From Eledone cirrhosa (lineage: Eukaryota), in assembly GCA_964016885.1 (NCBI GenBank), contig OZ024742.1, positions 285,138,001 to 285,202,000 on the forward strand: a DNA stretch of 64,000 nucleotides. The letters run 5' to 3'. A program made the translations under genes and the position numbers. The notes below the pieces were generated by a model. The model was not told where the DNA came from and searched no databases. It saw only the letters and a program-made list of their open reading frames with translations. Shown here in pieces: positions 26,869 to 40,814 of this stretch (position 1 is the stretch's first letter; every line of letters begins with the position of its first letter).

Positions 26869-29350
26869 CCCTTTCGTTACCAAACCGCCCGAAAAAAATG
26901 TTGGTTCATGTGACCAAGCCGTCCGTACTCACACATTCATATTTAAATGAGAATATCAGAGCAAATCTCGTTAGTACATTCGTGAAAACACGTGATTATA
27001 CTGTGTAAACAATTGAGCTACAGTTTTGGACAACGATCGACGTGTCATTTTAATTCTGTGAATTTTCTGAGATTTTTTTTCCAAATTTGTTTGTTGTGTT
27101 TTGAAAATTTGTAATTCTGACAAATGGATACCAATTTCATTCTGTCAGAATTTGAAGGATTTTCCACTGAAGACCTTGAAAAATCTAACTCTATAACTAG
27201 AAAAAAAAAAGCATGTGGTATTTGATAATGAATCCGATGTTTCATTTTCCGAAAGTGAAAACTGAATCCGAGAGCTCCGATGACCGTGATAAAGAAAATG
27301 AATTGGTACCTGAATGGAGTAAAAATTTAAAAACTGTTTCTTTCAGTGATTTTTGTGAAGAAACTGGACAAAGTCACAGTCTATCCCAGGAGAGCAAAGC
27401 TTTAGACTATTTCCTTTTACTTTTTCCTATGAGCTTGTTTGAAATCATTACGGCGGAAACAAACTGTTACGCTGAAAGTAAACAAAGCGAATAAAAGGAT
27501 AGTTTGTGGTTTCCCGTAAGCTTAAATGAAATTAGAGCTTATTTTGCCATAAATATTATTATGGGCATTTGAAAGCTACCCAGAATTACAAATTACTGGA
27601 GTACCGATGAACCCTTTGGAGACGAATATGTCTCAAGTATAATGACGAGGACACGGTTTTTAAAATTGACGCAATATTTACATGTAAGAGACACGAGCAA
27701 TACACCGGTACGTGGAGAACCAAACTATGATCCCTTATTTAAAATAAGACCCCTCATTGACTGTGTTCAAAACATATAAAACAGTACAAACCAGGGAGAT
27801 ATTTATCTATCGATGAGGGGTATGGTGGGCTATAAAGGCTGAGTGCGTTTTCAACAATATATGCCAGGAAAGCCCACAAAATGGGGGATCAAAGTTTGGA
27901 AGATTTGCGAATCGAATACTGGGTCCTGCTCTGGATTTGAATTTTATACTGGCAAAAGAGACAATTATGTAAGTCAGCATGGCCTAGGGTATGATGTGGT
28001 CTGGAATTTATCACTTCCATACCATAACCAGGGCCGTATATTATTTTTTGATCGCTTTTTCAGTTCGGTCAAACTTGCGGAGAATTTAGATACTGTGGCA
28101 ACACATACATGTGCTACAGTGATCGCTATTAGAAAAGGACTGCCGTTGGATATAAAATAAAAAGGTGAAATAATTCAACAGCAGAAAGAAAATTTGCTAG
28201 CGACCTCATACAGAGATAAGAGGCAGATCAATTTTCTGTCTACCTGTGTACGGCCACATGTGGATGAAAATGGCACCCCATTTGTGAATCTCGATTATAA
28301 CAGGTACATGGGTGGTGTAGATCGGATGAATCAGATGTCTTATTATCCAGTTGGCAGACCGGGGAATAAATGGTGGCGATACCTGGTTTGGTATATAGTA
28401 AATATGAGTATTACTAATGCGTTTATACTATATACTAAATCGGGACCGGTTCGAAAGCGATGCGGCGATCTGCAGTTCCGAGCAGATATAGCAACACAAT
28501 TAAGAGCTGGTTATTCCTAAAAAAAAAATAACTGTAGGGAGAAAAAAGAAAGTCTGCCAGAGAGATATCCCTCTGAATTCAGCCGATCTCCATAAATTAG
28601 AAAAAACGAGGGTCGCAAAAAGCAGTGTCATGAATACCTTCATCAAAAAAGGAAAGCTCCTAGTGGAAGGTCTGTTAAAACAACTTTCCAATGTGCATTA
28701 TGTAGAGCAGGGTGCTTTACAAGTTTTCATGATAGGAATATTGTTTGATTTGTATATATGTGTGATTTTATTTTATTAATATTTTCATATTTACTTCGTT
28801 TTTATTTTTCTTCGTGTAATTTTAATTTGAGTGACGAGTTTTGATTAATTTCTTTTGTAAATCATTATTGTATATTTCAGCGTATCTATGTATGTGGGAG
28901 AGCTTATTTAATCTAGTAGATGGTGTGTGTGTATTTTGTTTTCTAGTTTTCTTCAGACAAATTCCAGTCTTTCGTTTTATTTATACCTTTATGGTACAAC
29001 TGTCTTTTGGGTGTTTAAATTCACCTGATAAATCCAGTAATGTGCACAACTCTTCTATAGTAAAATTTTGTTGTATACCCAATTGAATATTAGCTAATAA
29101 CCCATTTTCTATAGCGATGTTTGAACAAAATTTAAATAATTTCATATTTTGTTGAATTTACCTGTAATTAGAGTCACTTTGAGACAAAAAATATGGACTA
29201 GAATTGGTTGAGAACCTTTCGTTTATCACATTAATATGTTGATAAATAAAAAAGTTGTTTAATGAAACCAGACTAAATTTATGATTATGTTAGAAATTAA
29301 TTGAAACACATAAGGGGTGTATTTTGGTTAGAAATATGGTAACGAAAGGG
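26869..29350 (+). mobile_element. Second piggyBac family, full length, pseudogenised transposase
   Basis: TTAA at 26865-26868 and 29351-29354; perfect 14-bp TIR CCCTTTCGTTACCA / TGGTAACGAAAGGG. Transposase ~27124-28748 with YMPGKPTKWGIKVW, FFDRFF and MGGVDRMNQ; several stops. Confidence 0.95.
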
Positions 29351-29949
29351 TTAAGCAACAGTAAAAGATGCAGCCTTTAGATGGGACACCAGACCATGTG
29401 GTTTAATCCCCTCTGCTACTGGTATTCATGTTTGACAACCTCCCTAGTGTTGGCAACAATAAAATATACCCAATGCAGCCATGCATAGAAATCATGCCAA
29501 ACAGGATTGAGAGGGTTCTTCAGTTGTGTTAAGGGTATGACATTCCAAGTGTTGGTATCAATATAAAATGCACCCAGTATATTCTGGGTGGTGATCCGTA
29601 AAAAGGAAACTTCTGTACTCACCTCTGGTGATGATGGGTCTACAAGTTTTAAACTCAAACCTTTTGACACCAACCTAGCTGAAATTGCCCCTGGATTTGT
29701 AATATAAAGCTAATTTTAAAACAATTCTCTGTAAGGGACTTTTGTTAGCTCTTTCATTAGCATACTTCTAATGAAAGACTGCCTATGATTTTCAAATAAC
29801 TAGTTTAGAATAGGTACACCATATCTCTCTGTTAGAAGCAACTAAAAGGGTTAGTGTCAGCAGTTTGGTATAAAAAGGATTATATAATAAAAGGATAAGT
29901 TTCAAAAAGTCAGGACAATGTAGTAAAAGCCTATAAGGGCAAATGATAA

Positions 29950-31000
29950 AACAAAAATTGTTTTACCTAATATATTTCAACATCGTATTTCAGGACTATC
30001 ACCCTCTTTTCAAATGTGGAATCAAATCAGTTCAAAACAAAAAAGTGGTTGATGTGTTCTTCCTTAACTGGCCTATGTGTCTGAAATACACACGTGTGAA
30101 GTCATTATAGCAACCAGTCTGCTGCATATATTTCCACTCTATTACTTACGTTTTTTTTTCTGGTTGATGATAATGGCCTCTTTGATTCTTAAATTGCTTA
30201 TATTCCTTTCCGTGACCTCAGTGTCTTGGCTGTGGCATCTGTCAAGATGTTTTTTAACAAAAGCTCCCATCATTATATGCAGCATCTGGATGGTACTTCC
30301 GATGTACAAGGAGCTATATTTTTTACAAGTGACCTTATAAACAACATGCGCTCTTGTGTGCATATATCGTATGTGGATTGGTGTCTGTGGAGCAGTCTCA
30401 TTGAGGGACAAGTGCATCAGCTGTCATCTCATTGAAATGTGGCAGCTTTACATAGCATATGTTATCGATACAGGCATGCCTCCTTGTTCTTTTAAGTGTT
30501 GCTGCCTTGGCATTTCAGTGTTTGGTGACAGAACTAAGGGAACCGTTTTGGTGAGAACTCCCTGGAATTCTACTGTGCTGGTATGCTGCACTACCCTCAC
30601 TGCATCTGTTGCTATTTTGGCTCTGTGGGAAAGGGAAGAATCATGGTGCACAAAAATGTCTGCAGGTATCCTTGTAAAATTATGTGTATATGGATCCTTC
30701 TTTGGGCAGAGAGAGGGATCCAGTGGTGACTGGGTGCTCGGCCTCAAATTTCTCGTGTGCGATCTAAATCTTGATGGCTTCTTCATGTGATGAAGTGAGC
30801 ATGTCTCTCAAGAAGGAGCAAGAGTGGCACGTCAGGTGGTGATTGCTGTGTGTTGTAACTGGTCCATGTACGAGATGGCCAGTAGGCCTGAAAGACTTGA
30901 TCCCATCAGAAATCATACAATTTGTAGACGGCGCCTTCAAACTAGAAAAAAGTGTTGCTCATGACAACCATAAGGCAGCTCATGGATGTCAGCAGCAGTG
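29950..31000 (-). mobile_element. Decayed Penelope-like element (GIY-YIG remnant)
   Basis: VVYKVTCKKYSSLYIGST...LRIKEAIII in ORF 30142-30417. Boundaries approximate. Confidence 0.65.
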
Positions 31001-31879
31001 AGCCCAAAGCAATTGAAGTCAGTAGAGGCGATAATGTCCATAAGTCAATTGAGCAAAACCATGTCTAAACTAAATGGGTATCTATTCTATCTAAGTGTGG
31101 TGGGGTTAAAAGTTCTTTTAGTTTATTGATTACTTCTTGTGAGCCGTCTATGTGTCCAGAGTAATTAGCAGTTGATGAGGTTGCTCCAACAACACTCACT
31201 AGAATTTAAAAAAAGGATGGAAAATGTTCACAGGGGCTACTAGCTTTGTTTACAAAAGGTTTTTCTCTACAAATGAAAGGTCAGCTGTGATGCCTTTATA
31301 GTAGAGAGACGTGGACAATGACTGGAGAGAAATCAAGCGAGTATGCTTCAATAGATGTGTGTGAACAATGAAGCATAGAAGAACTAAGAAAAACTGGATA
31401 TTAGAGGAATTAGATGTGTGCAAGAGTGAAGATAGCACTGGTGTGGATGATGATTGCTGAATGAAGTGGAAGGAAACTGAAGTCAAGCAATGATGTACTG
31501 GAAAGACCCATGCAAGCATGGAACAGTAGGCATAGAATGATGATGACACATACATGTGTGTGTATTTATATATATATATATATATATATATTATACATGT
31601 TTAATAAGAAAGCAAGGTCATGTGACAACCACTTTGTTAACTTTAAAGGAAATTTCATACCTTCCTCCCAACATATCTTTAACAGTTTTGACATGATGTT
31701 CAGTGGTACTGCAACAACTATCTATACAGGGTTACTCACTTTGAGAGCATGTCTTTTAATAGCTCTAACATTTTTCTAACTTGTTCTGAATATCATTTCT
31801 TTTCAGATAAATGACAGATATCATGCTAACTCAGCAAAAGAAAAGGTACATTGTCATCATAACCTTAAAGGCAGAGTGT

Positions 31880-32660
31880 AGTGTTTTAGGGATTGTTTGC
31901 TTCCTGAAAGTTGCACGGTCCTTTGTTGTTAAAGTTCGCAAAGAACTTCAAGCCACTGACAAGGATTCTACAGCAGTAAATACCTACTAAGAGTTTTAAA
32001 ACCATCAGAACATCCAAATATATATGAAAGGTGCAGGAAACTATTGATAAGAACTCTAGAAAGTCAATTGGCACCATTGCTAAGGAGCTCTGATACAAGT
32101 CATATGTGATGCGGAGAGACCAATCCATGTCTGCAAAGACAGAAGATTATGCTCTGATCTGTGAAAAGCGCTTGTTGTGCAAGCAACACCCTGGAATGCT
32201 TTGGTTTTGAAAACTTTGATCAAGACCAAAGAGTCAACTGAAAGAATGACAGATGCTTAAGCAGAAATCCTAAAGACATTCAATCAGTCATGCACACAAA
32301 GTTTCTGGCAACTGTGATGGTTCTGGGAGATGTTATGCCTCATCAATTCTTTCCTGAGGGTTTAAAGGACATTGCTACTGACTATAAGTTGGTGTTGGAG
32401 ATGTTTGTGAGGCTTTGGATAGTGGGTGTGAGCAAAGGAAGACTGTACACCTACCAACAGGACACTGTGTTGTCTCATAAGGATCTCCACAATCATATCA
32501 CTCCAAACATAAGCTTCCTAGCTTTCCAGACCTTCATCCCTTGGACTACTACATAAAGGGCATTGTCAATCAATGTCACCGTAACACTATAAGATATCTG
32601 AAGTCTGCCATAACTAGCATAATGTACAAAATAGATAAAGATCATCTCATTTGGTTATGT
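31880..32660 (+). mobile_element. Tc1/mariner transposase relic
   Basis: TKFLATVMVLG.DVMP..FFPEGLK...YTYQQD, then frameshifted PDLHPLDYY (SPDLNPLD motif). Confidence 0.75.
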
Positions 32661-33177
32661 TAACATTTCAGACCTTGTATGGAAAAAAATAATATTTCTA
32701 ACGCGCGAGAAAATGATAGTGCAAGTGTGAAAGTGACAATGATGAAAAAGAAAGGCTTCACTCAGCATAATTATTGGTGTGAACTTTTGAAAAAAAAACT
32801 TGAACGATGAAGAAAACGATGAAAAAAAAAGGCAATGGTTCATCGAAAATAAATGTTCCTGTTGAAATGTTTTTTTAAAAAATATCAAATTTCTTTTCTT
32901 TCTCTTTTTTTTTGTGTTTTGAAAGTGTTCGTTGTAAGAAACGAGAAACATGTATATATATCGTGAAATGCGACAGTTAGTTGATGCGTGAGAGAAAAAG
33001 TCTGTCTGTGCGAAAATTTCACATGTGCGTGTCCGTTTCTTTGAGTATTTTCATAGTTTGTCGATAAATTTGCTGTGTATTCGTAATGTTACTCACACAA
33101 CACCAGATCTGCTATCTTTTCTTTTTTTGGGGGGTGGGGGGTGACCACTTATAGCGATGAACGGCTGCGTGTTCGTC

Positions 33178-33548
33178 TCACGTCAGGGTTACCAATTTAG
33201 CGAAGATACTGGGTTGTATGAATGTAACAAGGAATACATTGTTTGTGTAGATAATGTTTAATTAACAATGGTAGATAGTATAGTTGACATGTCAAAGAAA
33301 TAGATGATAGAATGAAACAAAGTTAGTCGTTACCGTTTTGATTGCCAGGCAAACGCGGCTGGCAGAGGACGCCTGGCTAAGGCCAGGCGCCGGAAGGCCA
33401 AGTGAGAGGCTCTTGGCCTGGTGCCGAAAGGGCAATGAGAGAATGAGAACTTAAAGTTGTTAGTTTTATAGGGTTCTGACCGGAAGTTACAGAAAGGGTT
33501 CTACTTCCTGTCTAGATGTTAATCCAAACAAGGGAGACAACCGCTACA
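33178..33548 (-). mobile_element. Gypsy-like LTR followed by tRNA-Trp primer-binding site
   Basis: Minus strand TGTAGCG (33548)...TATAAAA...ATTAAA...CGCTAAA (33196), then TGGTAACCCTGACGTGA (33194-33178), 15/17 to the Trp PBS TGGTGACCCCGACGTGA. Confidence 0.75.
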
Positions 33549-34181
33549 CAGTCATCAATGCTAATGGCAGATTCATTGAATAGATACATCAAGAAAAGTC
33601 TCTAGATTATTTATTCATACCAATTTTTTCCCAAATAAAGCTCTTCTTTCATGACCCATGCATCTTTTACTAAGCAACCCGGTAGTTACCTACCTTTGGA
33701 CATTAATTACATCTATCTATCTCTATCTACCTAACTGCCTGTATGCTTATCTGACTGTCAATCTGTAGTTATCTATTGTGTATAATAGGACAATAACAAC
33801 AAAGCCTAAATCTTAAATACCAGTCCCAAAATAGAAATCATCATCGTTTAACATCCATTTTCAATGCTAACATGGCAGGTTGTCCCATTAGAGGCATGTC
33901 AAGTCAGATGACCGTGTCTTGCTCATATAGAACTTTTTGGCTAGGTTTCTAGTAAAGGTCATCGTAATTTAATGGATAACATGCCTGATAATTATTATTG
34001 TAATTGATTTAAATGATTGTTAGAGTGACTAGAGGGTGATGGTCAAGAAAAATTGAGGATTCAAGTATCTTATAATTTAGTGGATATTTGGAAGGAAAAT
34101 AATCTCATTTTAGCAGAAAAATAATATTATGCCTACATGGCATAATATTAATAAGAAAGCGATATATTGGTTATCGTTATT

Positions 34182-34564
34182 TGTTATAGTGAGGGAGAGA
34201 CAAAGTAAATGTTTGTTGAATTAGTCGTAAAGTCTTTAAGATGTTTTATTTACAACTAATTACAAAGAGTTAAGTTGAGTTGACATGTCAAAGTAAAGAA
34301 CAAGCATTGTTAAGAGTTAAGAAGTGAATGTGGCATTATGCCAGGCCAAAGTGAAAATCTCACCTTACATGATTGTGTTCACCTTTCAGAGTCCAAAGCA
34401 GCAAGAGAGAGATTTATGAATCGCTGCGGGAATTTTTCACTCTGGGCGGAAGTCGAGACATTCTCCTATGCTGGCGGCGGTTGGCTGAACTGAGCCAAAC
34501 AACGCATGGAGAATGTATCCACGAGCCCTCGGAATGTAGGTCACTACAGATTCATCATTTTACA
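34182..34564 (-). mobile_element. Probable related solo LTR
   Basis: TGT...ACA-type ends; shares TTTGACATGTCAACT and TGTAAATAAA blocks with the LTRs at 33196 and 35181. Confidence 0.45.
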
Positions 34565-34729
34565 TCTGTTTTTTGCATGCTTGCCTGTGTGTATGTATAT
34601 ATATATATATATATACACACACACATACATACGAGGTCTGAAAAAAATACACAACTATATTTTATCCTGAGACCCCAGAGAAAGTTTGGAAGGGAGCAAA
34701 CCTTGACAATTGATAACGAACATTACAAG

Positions 34730-36480
34730 CCTTACAGGCTAGGAACAGCAACTAGTGGAGGAGGCAAGATACTACCAGATAGATATAGTTGGGGTTTCTT
34801 CAACAAAGTCCCATGGCTCTGGTACTGTAGATTTGGAGAGAGGATGGAAACTCCACTATTCAGGTGAGGTACCAGAAAAGACTGCAGAGGCAGAAGTGGG
34901 GATACTCTTAAGCCCTTAGCTGTCAAAATGTGTTGTGGACTGGATTCCATTGGAAGGGAGGACTTGCCTCTCGAAGCTTAGCCTGAAAGAAAGGTCTCTG
35001 TGGGTAGTGAAAGTTTATGCACCAGAGAGCCCAAATACAGATACTTCCTTGATGAAGTCACTGCAGTCTTAGATGTAGTTAAGACTAAATCATATATCCT
35101 ATTAGGAGACTTTTGTACTAACAACCTGACATGGAAAGGAGTAATTGGAAGGAACAGCGAACCTAATCTAAATATGAATGTGTAACGCTCTCTAGACAGG
35201 AAGTAGCTGGAGTTACTTCCCGTTGAGGTTGCAGAACCTTCTTAGGGACTTCTGTCCGAGGGAACTATAAAGAAGAGAGCCGAAAGCTAACTCCCTCTAT
35301 TTTCAACTTTTGGCCAGGCGCGTAGGTATACTCTCGCTTCCTGACCAGTTAAAAGGTAAACAACTAACTTTCTTTCGTCGTGAAATCACTAGCCAACATG
35401 TAACACAACAACAACCTGGTAACACTTCAGCCAGTGGACCGTGTCTTCTGAAATCCTTAATTCATTCTTTCATCTCTCTTGGCATGTCAGCTATTCAGCT
35501 CTACTCAGCTCAATCTTTGTAAATAAATATTGTACATACAACCCAGTGTCCTGTTATAAATGGATAGGCCTTATTAGTAATGTGCTCTCTATTATGAACA
35601 CCTATGTCCAGCACAAAACATCCTTAAATACACATAGTATAAGGGGAATTGCGGACAAAGATCAATTGATTTTGTTATTGTCTCTGATCTCTTTGAATGT
35701 GTGCTGGATGTTCATGTAAAGAGAGGGGCTGAGCTGTCAACTAATCACCATCTAATTATCTGCTACCTAAAACCAGGAGAGACACAAAACTTGCAGGTCC
35801 AGCTCGATCTACAGGATGAAGTGGGAAGTGCTGGCAGATTAAGTCAGGAACAGGTTTTCAAATACTATTGCTTCCAAATTCAGAGAACTCTCTGAGCCAA
35901 CTAAAGACATTGAAACAGAGTGGACTGTTCAGCCCAGAAGTTTCTGCTTCAGCTGTTAAATGCTGTGGGTGAAAGTGGCAGGAAGACCCCTTGGTTCAAT
36001 CAAGTCATCAAAAATGTCATTTGAGCAAAGAAGGAAGCTTACAAAGCTTGGCTTGGAAATAAGTCCTCCTTCTTGCACTTACAGTACAAGCAAGCACAAA
36101 AAGTCGCAGCAGTGACAGTAAAGGCGTCCAAAGTGAAGGCACAAGATGCCTTGGGGTTAAGCTGGAATCCAACTTTAGATCAGCAAATAAAGTGTTCTGG
36201 CAGACCCTCTGCTGACTTTGTAATAAGAAGTGCTCCTCCTTGCCTACTATCAGAAACACACCTGAGTTTCTCCTCTCTTCAGAGAGGTGCAGAGAATACT
36301 TTGTTGATCTAAACCGTCACACTAGCATCTGATGAACACAAAATGAATCTTCGCGTGATAATTAACCTCTCAGAGGCTGAGGTCACAACAAGAGCAATTA
36401 AAGAGCTCATATGTGGGGAGGATGAAATTCAACCCAAGATATTAAAAGCCTTAACTAGAAATGGTATTCTCTAGCTGACT
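34730..36480 (+). mobile_element. Decayed LINE of a second RTE-like family (endonuclease half), interrupted by an LTR
   Basis: Frameshifted AP-endonuclease motifs: IDIVGVSSTK, VKVYAP, ILLGDF, SIMNTYVQHK, DVHVKRGAELSTNHHL. Confidence 0.75.
35181..35575 (+). mobile_element. Solo LTR inserted in the LINE
   Basis: Starts TGTAACG. Shares TCTAGACAGGAAGTAG, TATAAA, ACTAACTTT, CATGTCA and CATACAACCCAGT blocks with the 33196-33548 LTR. LINE reading resumes ~35577. Confidence 0.65.
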
Positions 36481-36489
36481 TCTCTTGTA

Positions 36490-37460
36490 TACCATATCTG
36501 ATTCCTCATATACCCAGCTTTTCTCTGTTCAACCACTATCCATCATTCAGGCACACTAATATTGCATGTCCAAATGGGGCATGCTCACTTACATTCTCTC
36601 CAAACTATATCTCATGTCTCATTGCCATGCACTTCTCATGTTAGCAGCATACAATCTACCCTTCACTCAGAGAGAAAATTCCCGTTTCCAACAGAGGTGG
36701 TAACTCCCTAAACTTTTAGAGTAATCCTGTCCACTGCTAATTCAGTTATCTAAATAACAGAATCTAGCAACTACTTTTATGATAGCTTCCTGGTATCTTG
36801 CTCCAGTCACTGATCTAATCAGTAGCCTGAAGCATGTCCATAAAATCTTCTGGTTGTCCTCTATGTCATATGTATCTGTCTCCCTCATGTTTAGAGCTTT
36901 TCCAAAAAAACCAGTATTTAACAGAGGTTCTTTAGCTTCTACTAGTGCATTTTGATTCTGTTTGTGACATATTCTGTTGTCACTAATAACTGTGTGCTCG
37001 GTAGTGTATTTAACAAAGACTTAGTATTCATAGTCGTCTATCCAGTTTTCTGATGAGCATGAGGCCAATTTAGCTAGTATGCCATCTTGATTAGTAGGTG
37101 ATCAAGTGCTTGGCTAGTTTCTTGAAGGTAATGTTATAAATAGGTCATTTGCACCACTAAATTCTACGAGCCTTGATCCCACTTCATTTCTCAAGCCATA
37201 TACATAACCACCATGCACTCCATTGTAGCCATTATGGTGATGCCTATTGAAAGGGGTCTAATTTATTCTTCCTCAATTACTTTATCCATGCCTACTCCAC
37301 CTGCCTCATCATTTCCTACCAAGAACTTATATTTATACAGTTTGTGAGGATTTTAGCTGATACACTCATCAATCTTTGCACACAACATTGAATTGGGCAT
37401 CCTTGCAGTAGGGGCAAGTCTCTTGGGTGGAACATCTTTTTTTGGTAATAACTTTGTACC
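36490..37460 (-). mobile_element. Heavily decayed RTE fragments
   Basis: Similarity to the endonuclease and C-terminal segments of the other RTE copies in the window. Confidence 0.6.
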
Positions 37461-37589
37461 TGAAAGGAAATGTGTGTTCGCTTGATGATTGAAGGGTTCT
37501 CACAATTGATTAGACTAGACCTCTCACTATTGTGTGCAGCACCAATAACATCAATATTAGCTCTGTATATGTAATTATTTCTAACAGAA

Positions 37590-38230
37590 TCAAAAGGTCA
37601 TAAAGTCAACTTGGCAAAAACTAAAGTTCCAGTAAGTAGAAAGGAAAACAAGGCCCAAATCTCCTTAGGGAAATTTGTCTTGCTCAGTGTACAGAAAAGA
37701 AATAGGTAGAAGTTCCAAATGCAAATCATGGGTACATAAGAGATGTAGTGGGATCTCAGGCAAGCTAACAAAGAATGCAGGTTTTACATGTGGTTGGTGC
37801 ACAGGTGCAGTAAGAGCTCTCAGGATATAATCTCCATCAAATGCCCAGAGGGCTCTGTAGAAGAGGAAGTTTCAGTTTCTGTTACCTGGGTGACCAAGTT
37901 AACAGTGGAGGAGGGTGTTCCAAAAACAGTTGCCAGAGTGAGAACAGGTTGGAGAAAGTTCAGGGAGTTACTATCACTGCTAATAAAAGATTCAATCCAT
38001 ACTATAAAGTAACCAACCTGGAGCCACGAACATAAGCGCCCAGTCCACACTGTAAAGTGACCATGTGTCACAACAAAAAGCACCCAGCCCCTACACTGTA
38101 AAGGGGTTGTGTAGGAGTCACGCTACAAAGCTCCCAGCACACTGTAAATGTGGTTGGTGTTAGGAAGGGCATTCAGCTGTAGAAATCAAGCCAAAATCAG
38201 TTCTGTCTGAGCAAAACAGTCACCTCCAAT
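37590..38230 (+). mobile_element. RTE fragment
   Basis: FCYLGDQVNSGGGCS and VARVRTGWRKFRELL, plus family 3' UTR motif AGGAAGGGCATTCAGCTGTAGAAA. Confidence 0.8.
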
Positions 38231-38664
38231 CTGGTTGCCTCACAAAGTTTTTATCATAGAACCAGGTTGATTTGATATCAAAGGGGTCAAATCATGCCCA
38301 GTACTAGATGGGAACATTGTTCCATCAATTCCAGGAGGATGAAAGGCAAAAATTGATCTCCAATAATAATGGTTTCTAATTTAGGTACAAGGTCAGTAAC
38401 TTTGTGATTGTGTGCATGATGGTGGGATATTAAATCAATACCAGACTCATAACTAAATAACTTAGGCATTTTGTCCGACACTAATGATTCTGGAAATCCA
38501 CCACTATGGCCTATAAACATTGTTTTCTGATTGAGGAACAACACCAGCAAATTTAGTGGTTAGTAGATTACATCAACCTCCTCGATAAATAAAAAATATA
38601 AAGCAGAATTTAAACTCAGAACAAAGAATTAATACAAATTAGCCCTTTTCTTTTTTTTATTTAG

Positions 38665-38670
38665 TTTATT
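38665..38670 (-). terminator. Candidate distal cyclin A polyadenylation signal
   Basis: AATAAA on the minus strand (second copy at 38656-38661), where U-rich unique sequence gives way to SINEs. Implies a ~2.8-kb 3' UTR. Confidence 0.4.
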
Positions 38671-39160
38671 TACAAATAGTTTTATATAAATGTTAGGCAA
38701 TGATAGCACCATTATTATTTTTATTGAAATGAGAAATGACGTGATTTTGGTGGACTGCAGAAATTATGACAAACCAAAGATCAGCAACAGCTGGGCCATT
38801 GAGGCGTTTGCTAGAGGTATCGGGCAGTTTCAAATCGATTATATATATATAAATATAATCTACATGTGGACCTCAGACCATATCAAATTTGAATATGCAA
38901 GATATGATATAATATACATGTAGGCCATAGACAAATTCTGTGTTATCGATATATGCAAGATAACATACCGATTTCCTTGTATGGAAGACATTTTTTTTTC
39001 CAAGTAAGCCTGGAAATTTTACCTGTATTTGGGAGGTCAACTGTTATAGTCATTATGTTAAATATCCTTTTCTTTTTCAAATTTAACAACTCAAAATGGG
39101 ATGTGTCCATCACGTCAGGGAAATACAATACTATACATGAAAACCATGAACAAAAACCAA

Positions 39161-39202
<42 letters not shown>

Positions 39203-40814
39203 ACAGCCCTGAAAATAAAAAAAAAAGTTGCTAATCCTTGCTTGGTAAACCATTGAGATTATGAATTCTGGAGATGAAAAGGAAAATTTAATTCTTATAA
39301 AAGCGCCAATAAAGGCCACGGCTGTGTGATTAAAGTTCATTTCGCAACCGTGTAGTACCAGATCGACCAATGCTTTGCAAGTGAAATTTGGCAGATGAAA
39401 ACTGCAGAAGCCAATCGTGAGTGTGTGTGTGCGTGTGTCCACATCACAATGTACTGGATTGACAAATAAAGATGGGTATGATTGACTAAATTCCTTCAAG
39501 GCAGTGTTTCAATATGGCCACACTTAATTAAACCAGTAAAAGGGGGAGATAAAAAACGCCAGCAGTGAGCTATGCAACTAACTTGTCTCACTATTCTAAT
39601 TCTACAGAGATATTCAATATCATCAAAGATCATAAAAATATAAGTTAATCTTTTTTTTCCACATTGAACCTAAGTGACAGAAGACACAGCACAGAACTAA
39701 AATATATACTACAAGGCACCCTGCCCCGTTTAATAATTTTGTCTTGATTAAAATGGTTACTAATTTAAAACATTGATAAAAATCAAAATGAAAGATAGGG
39801 CAAGAAATTAAGAAGAACAATAGACATTACCGTATATATTCAAAGATAAGCCGAGAAATATGTGACAAAAAACCCTCATTAAATTACAGGTACAGTCGAC
39901 TTCGTATTATAAAGTGGCCGAGTATTCCACAGGCAGATATATCTGTAACAATTCCCAGGGAGTTTCTGACACTGACTAGACAGGACCTTTGAATTACAGG
40001 CAAAATTCATCCGACAGGCTTCAGTCAAAATGATTGGGTCGATCTGAAGGCATGGTAGAAGATATTTGCTCGAAATACCAGAAAGTGGGATTGAACCAAG
40101 GACCTAAAGATTGCAAAGTGAACTTCTTAACCATTCAGGCATGCCTGTAATCCCCTATACTCAAGTTACATATATACACTCAAAATGTGTATGGAGATTT
40201 AAAGAATTGTTAAAAGCAGATGCATACATACATCATTATATATACACACACACACACACACCTATACATATATTTCAAGCTTTTAGAGTATGCCTATATA
40301 CAGACAGGTTATATACATAACATATTTACACACACACACACACAGACTATACAGCATGAAATGTAAAATGAAATTTACAGCCCACACCTATGCATGTTTA
40401 GCTGACCTATGAAGTTGAATTAAAGTTTTGAGTGTTTTAATGATAGGGTCCCAGTCCTATAATGAAAAAACATTTTGCTCAAAAATAACACACTGCCTAT
40501 GTCCAGGAAACAAACCCATCACTTGATCGCGAGTTCAAAACCTTCAAACTTATAAAATATGCACACATTAAGCAGCCACATTTTACACAATGAATATACT
40601 AAAAAATGTCAGGATTTTTTTTTTTTTTTTTTTTTAATTTATACATGATTTACCCATCAGAAGAAATATGTACAAATTTGAAGAAAGCGACTTCTTTAAT
40701 TTGGGCAGATGTTGAAGGGCAGCAAATAAAAAATAAAAAAAATAAAAAACTGCCTATTTTTTTTTCACTCTTAAAAGGGCGATTTCTTGGTGAGAATGGG
40801 AAAGAAGACTAGTA

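Noticed and set aside
29970-30025. Hammerhead-like TTGAAAAG-AGGG-TGATAG-TCCT-GAAA on the minus strand at the end of the GIY-YIG relic
   Set aside because: Position fits a PLE ribozyme, but the core has multiple substitutions and stems I and III are unclear.
33340-33440. GC-rich multi-hairpin considered as a standalone ncRNA gene
   Set aside because: It lies inside an LTR and matches no snRNA, SRP or tRNA that I recognise.
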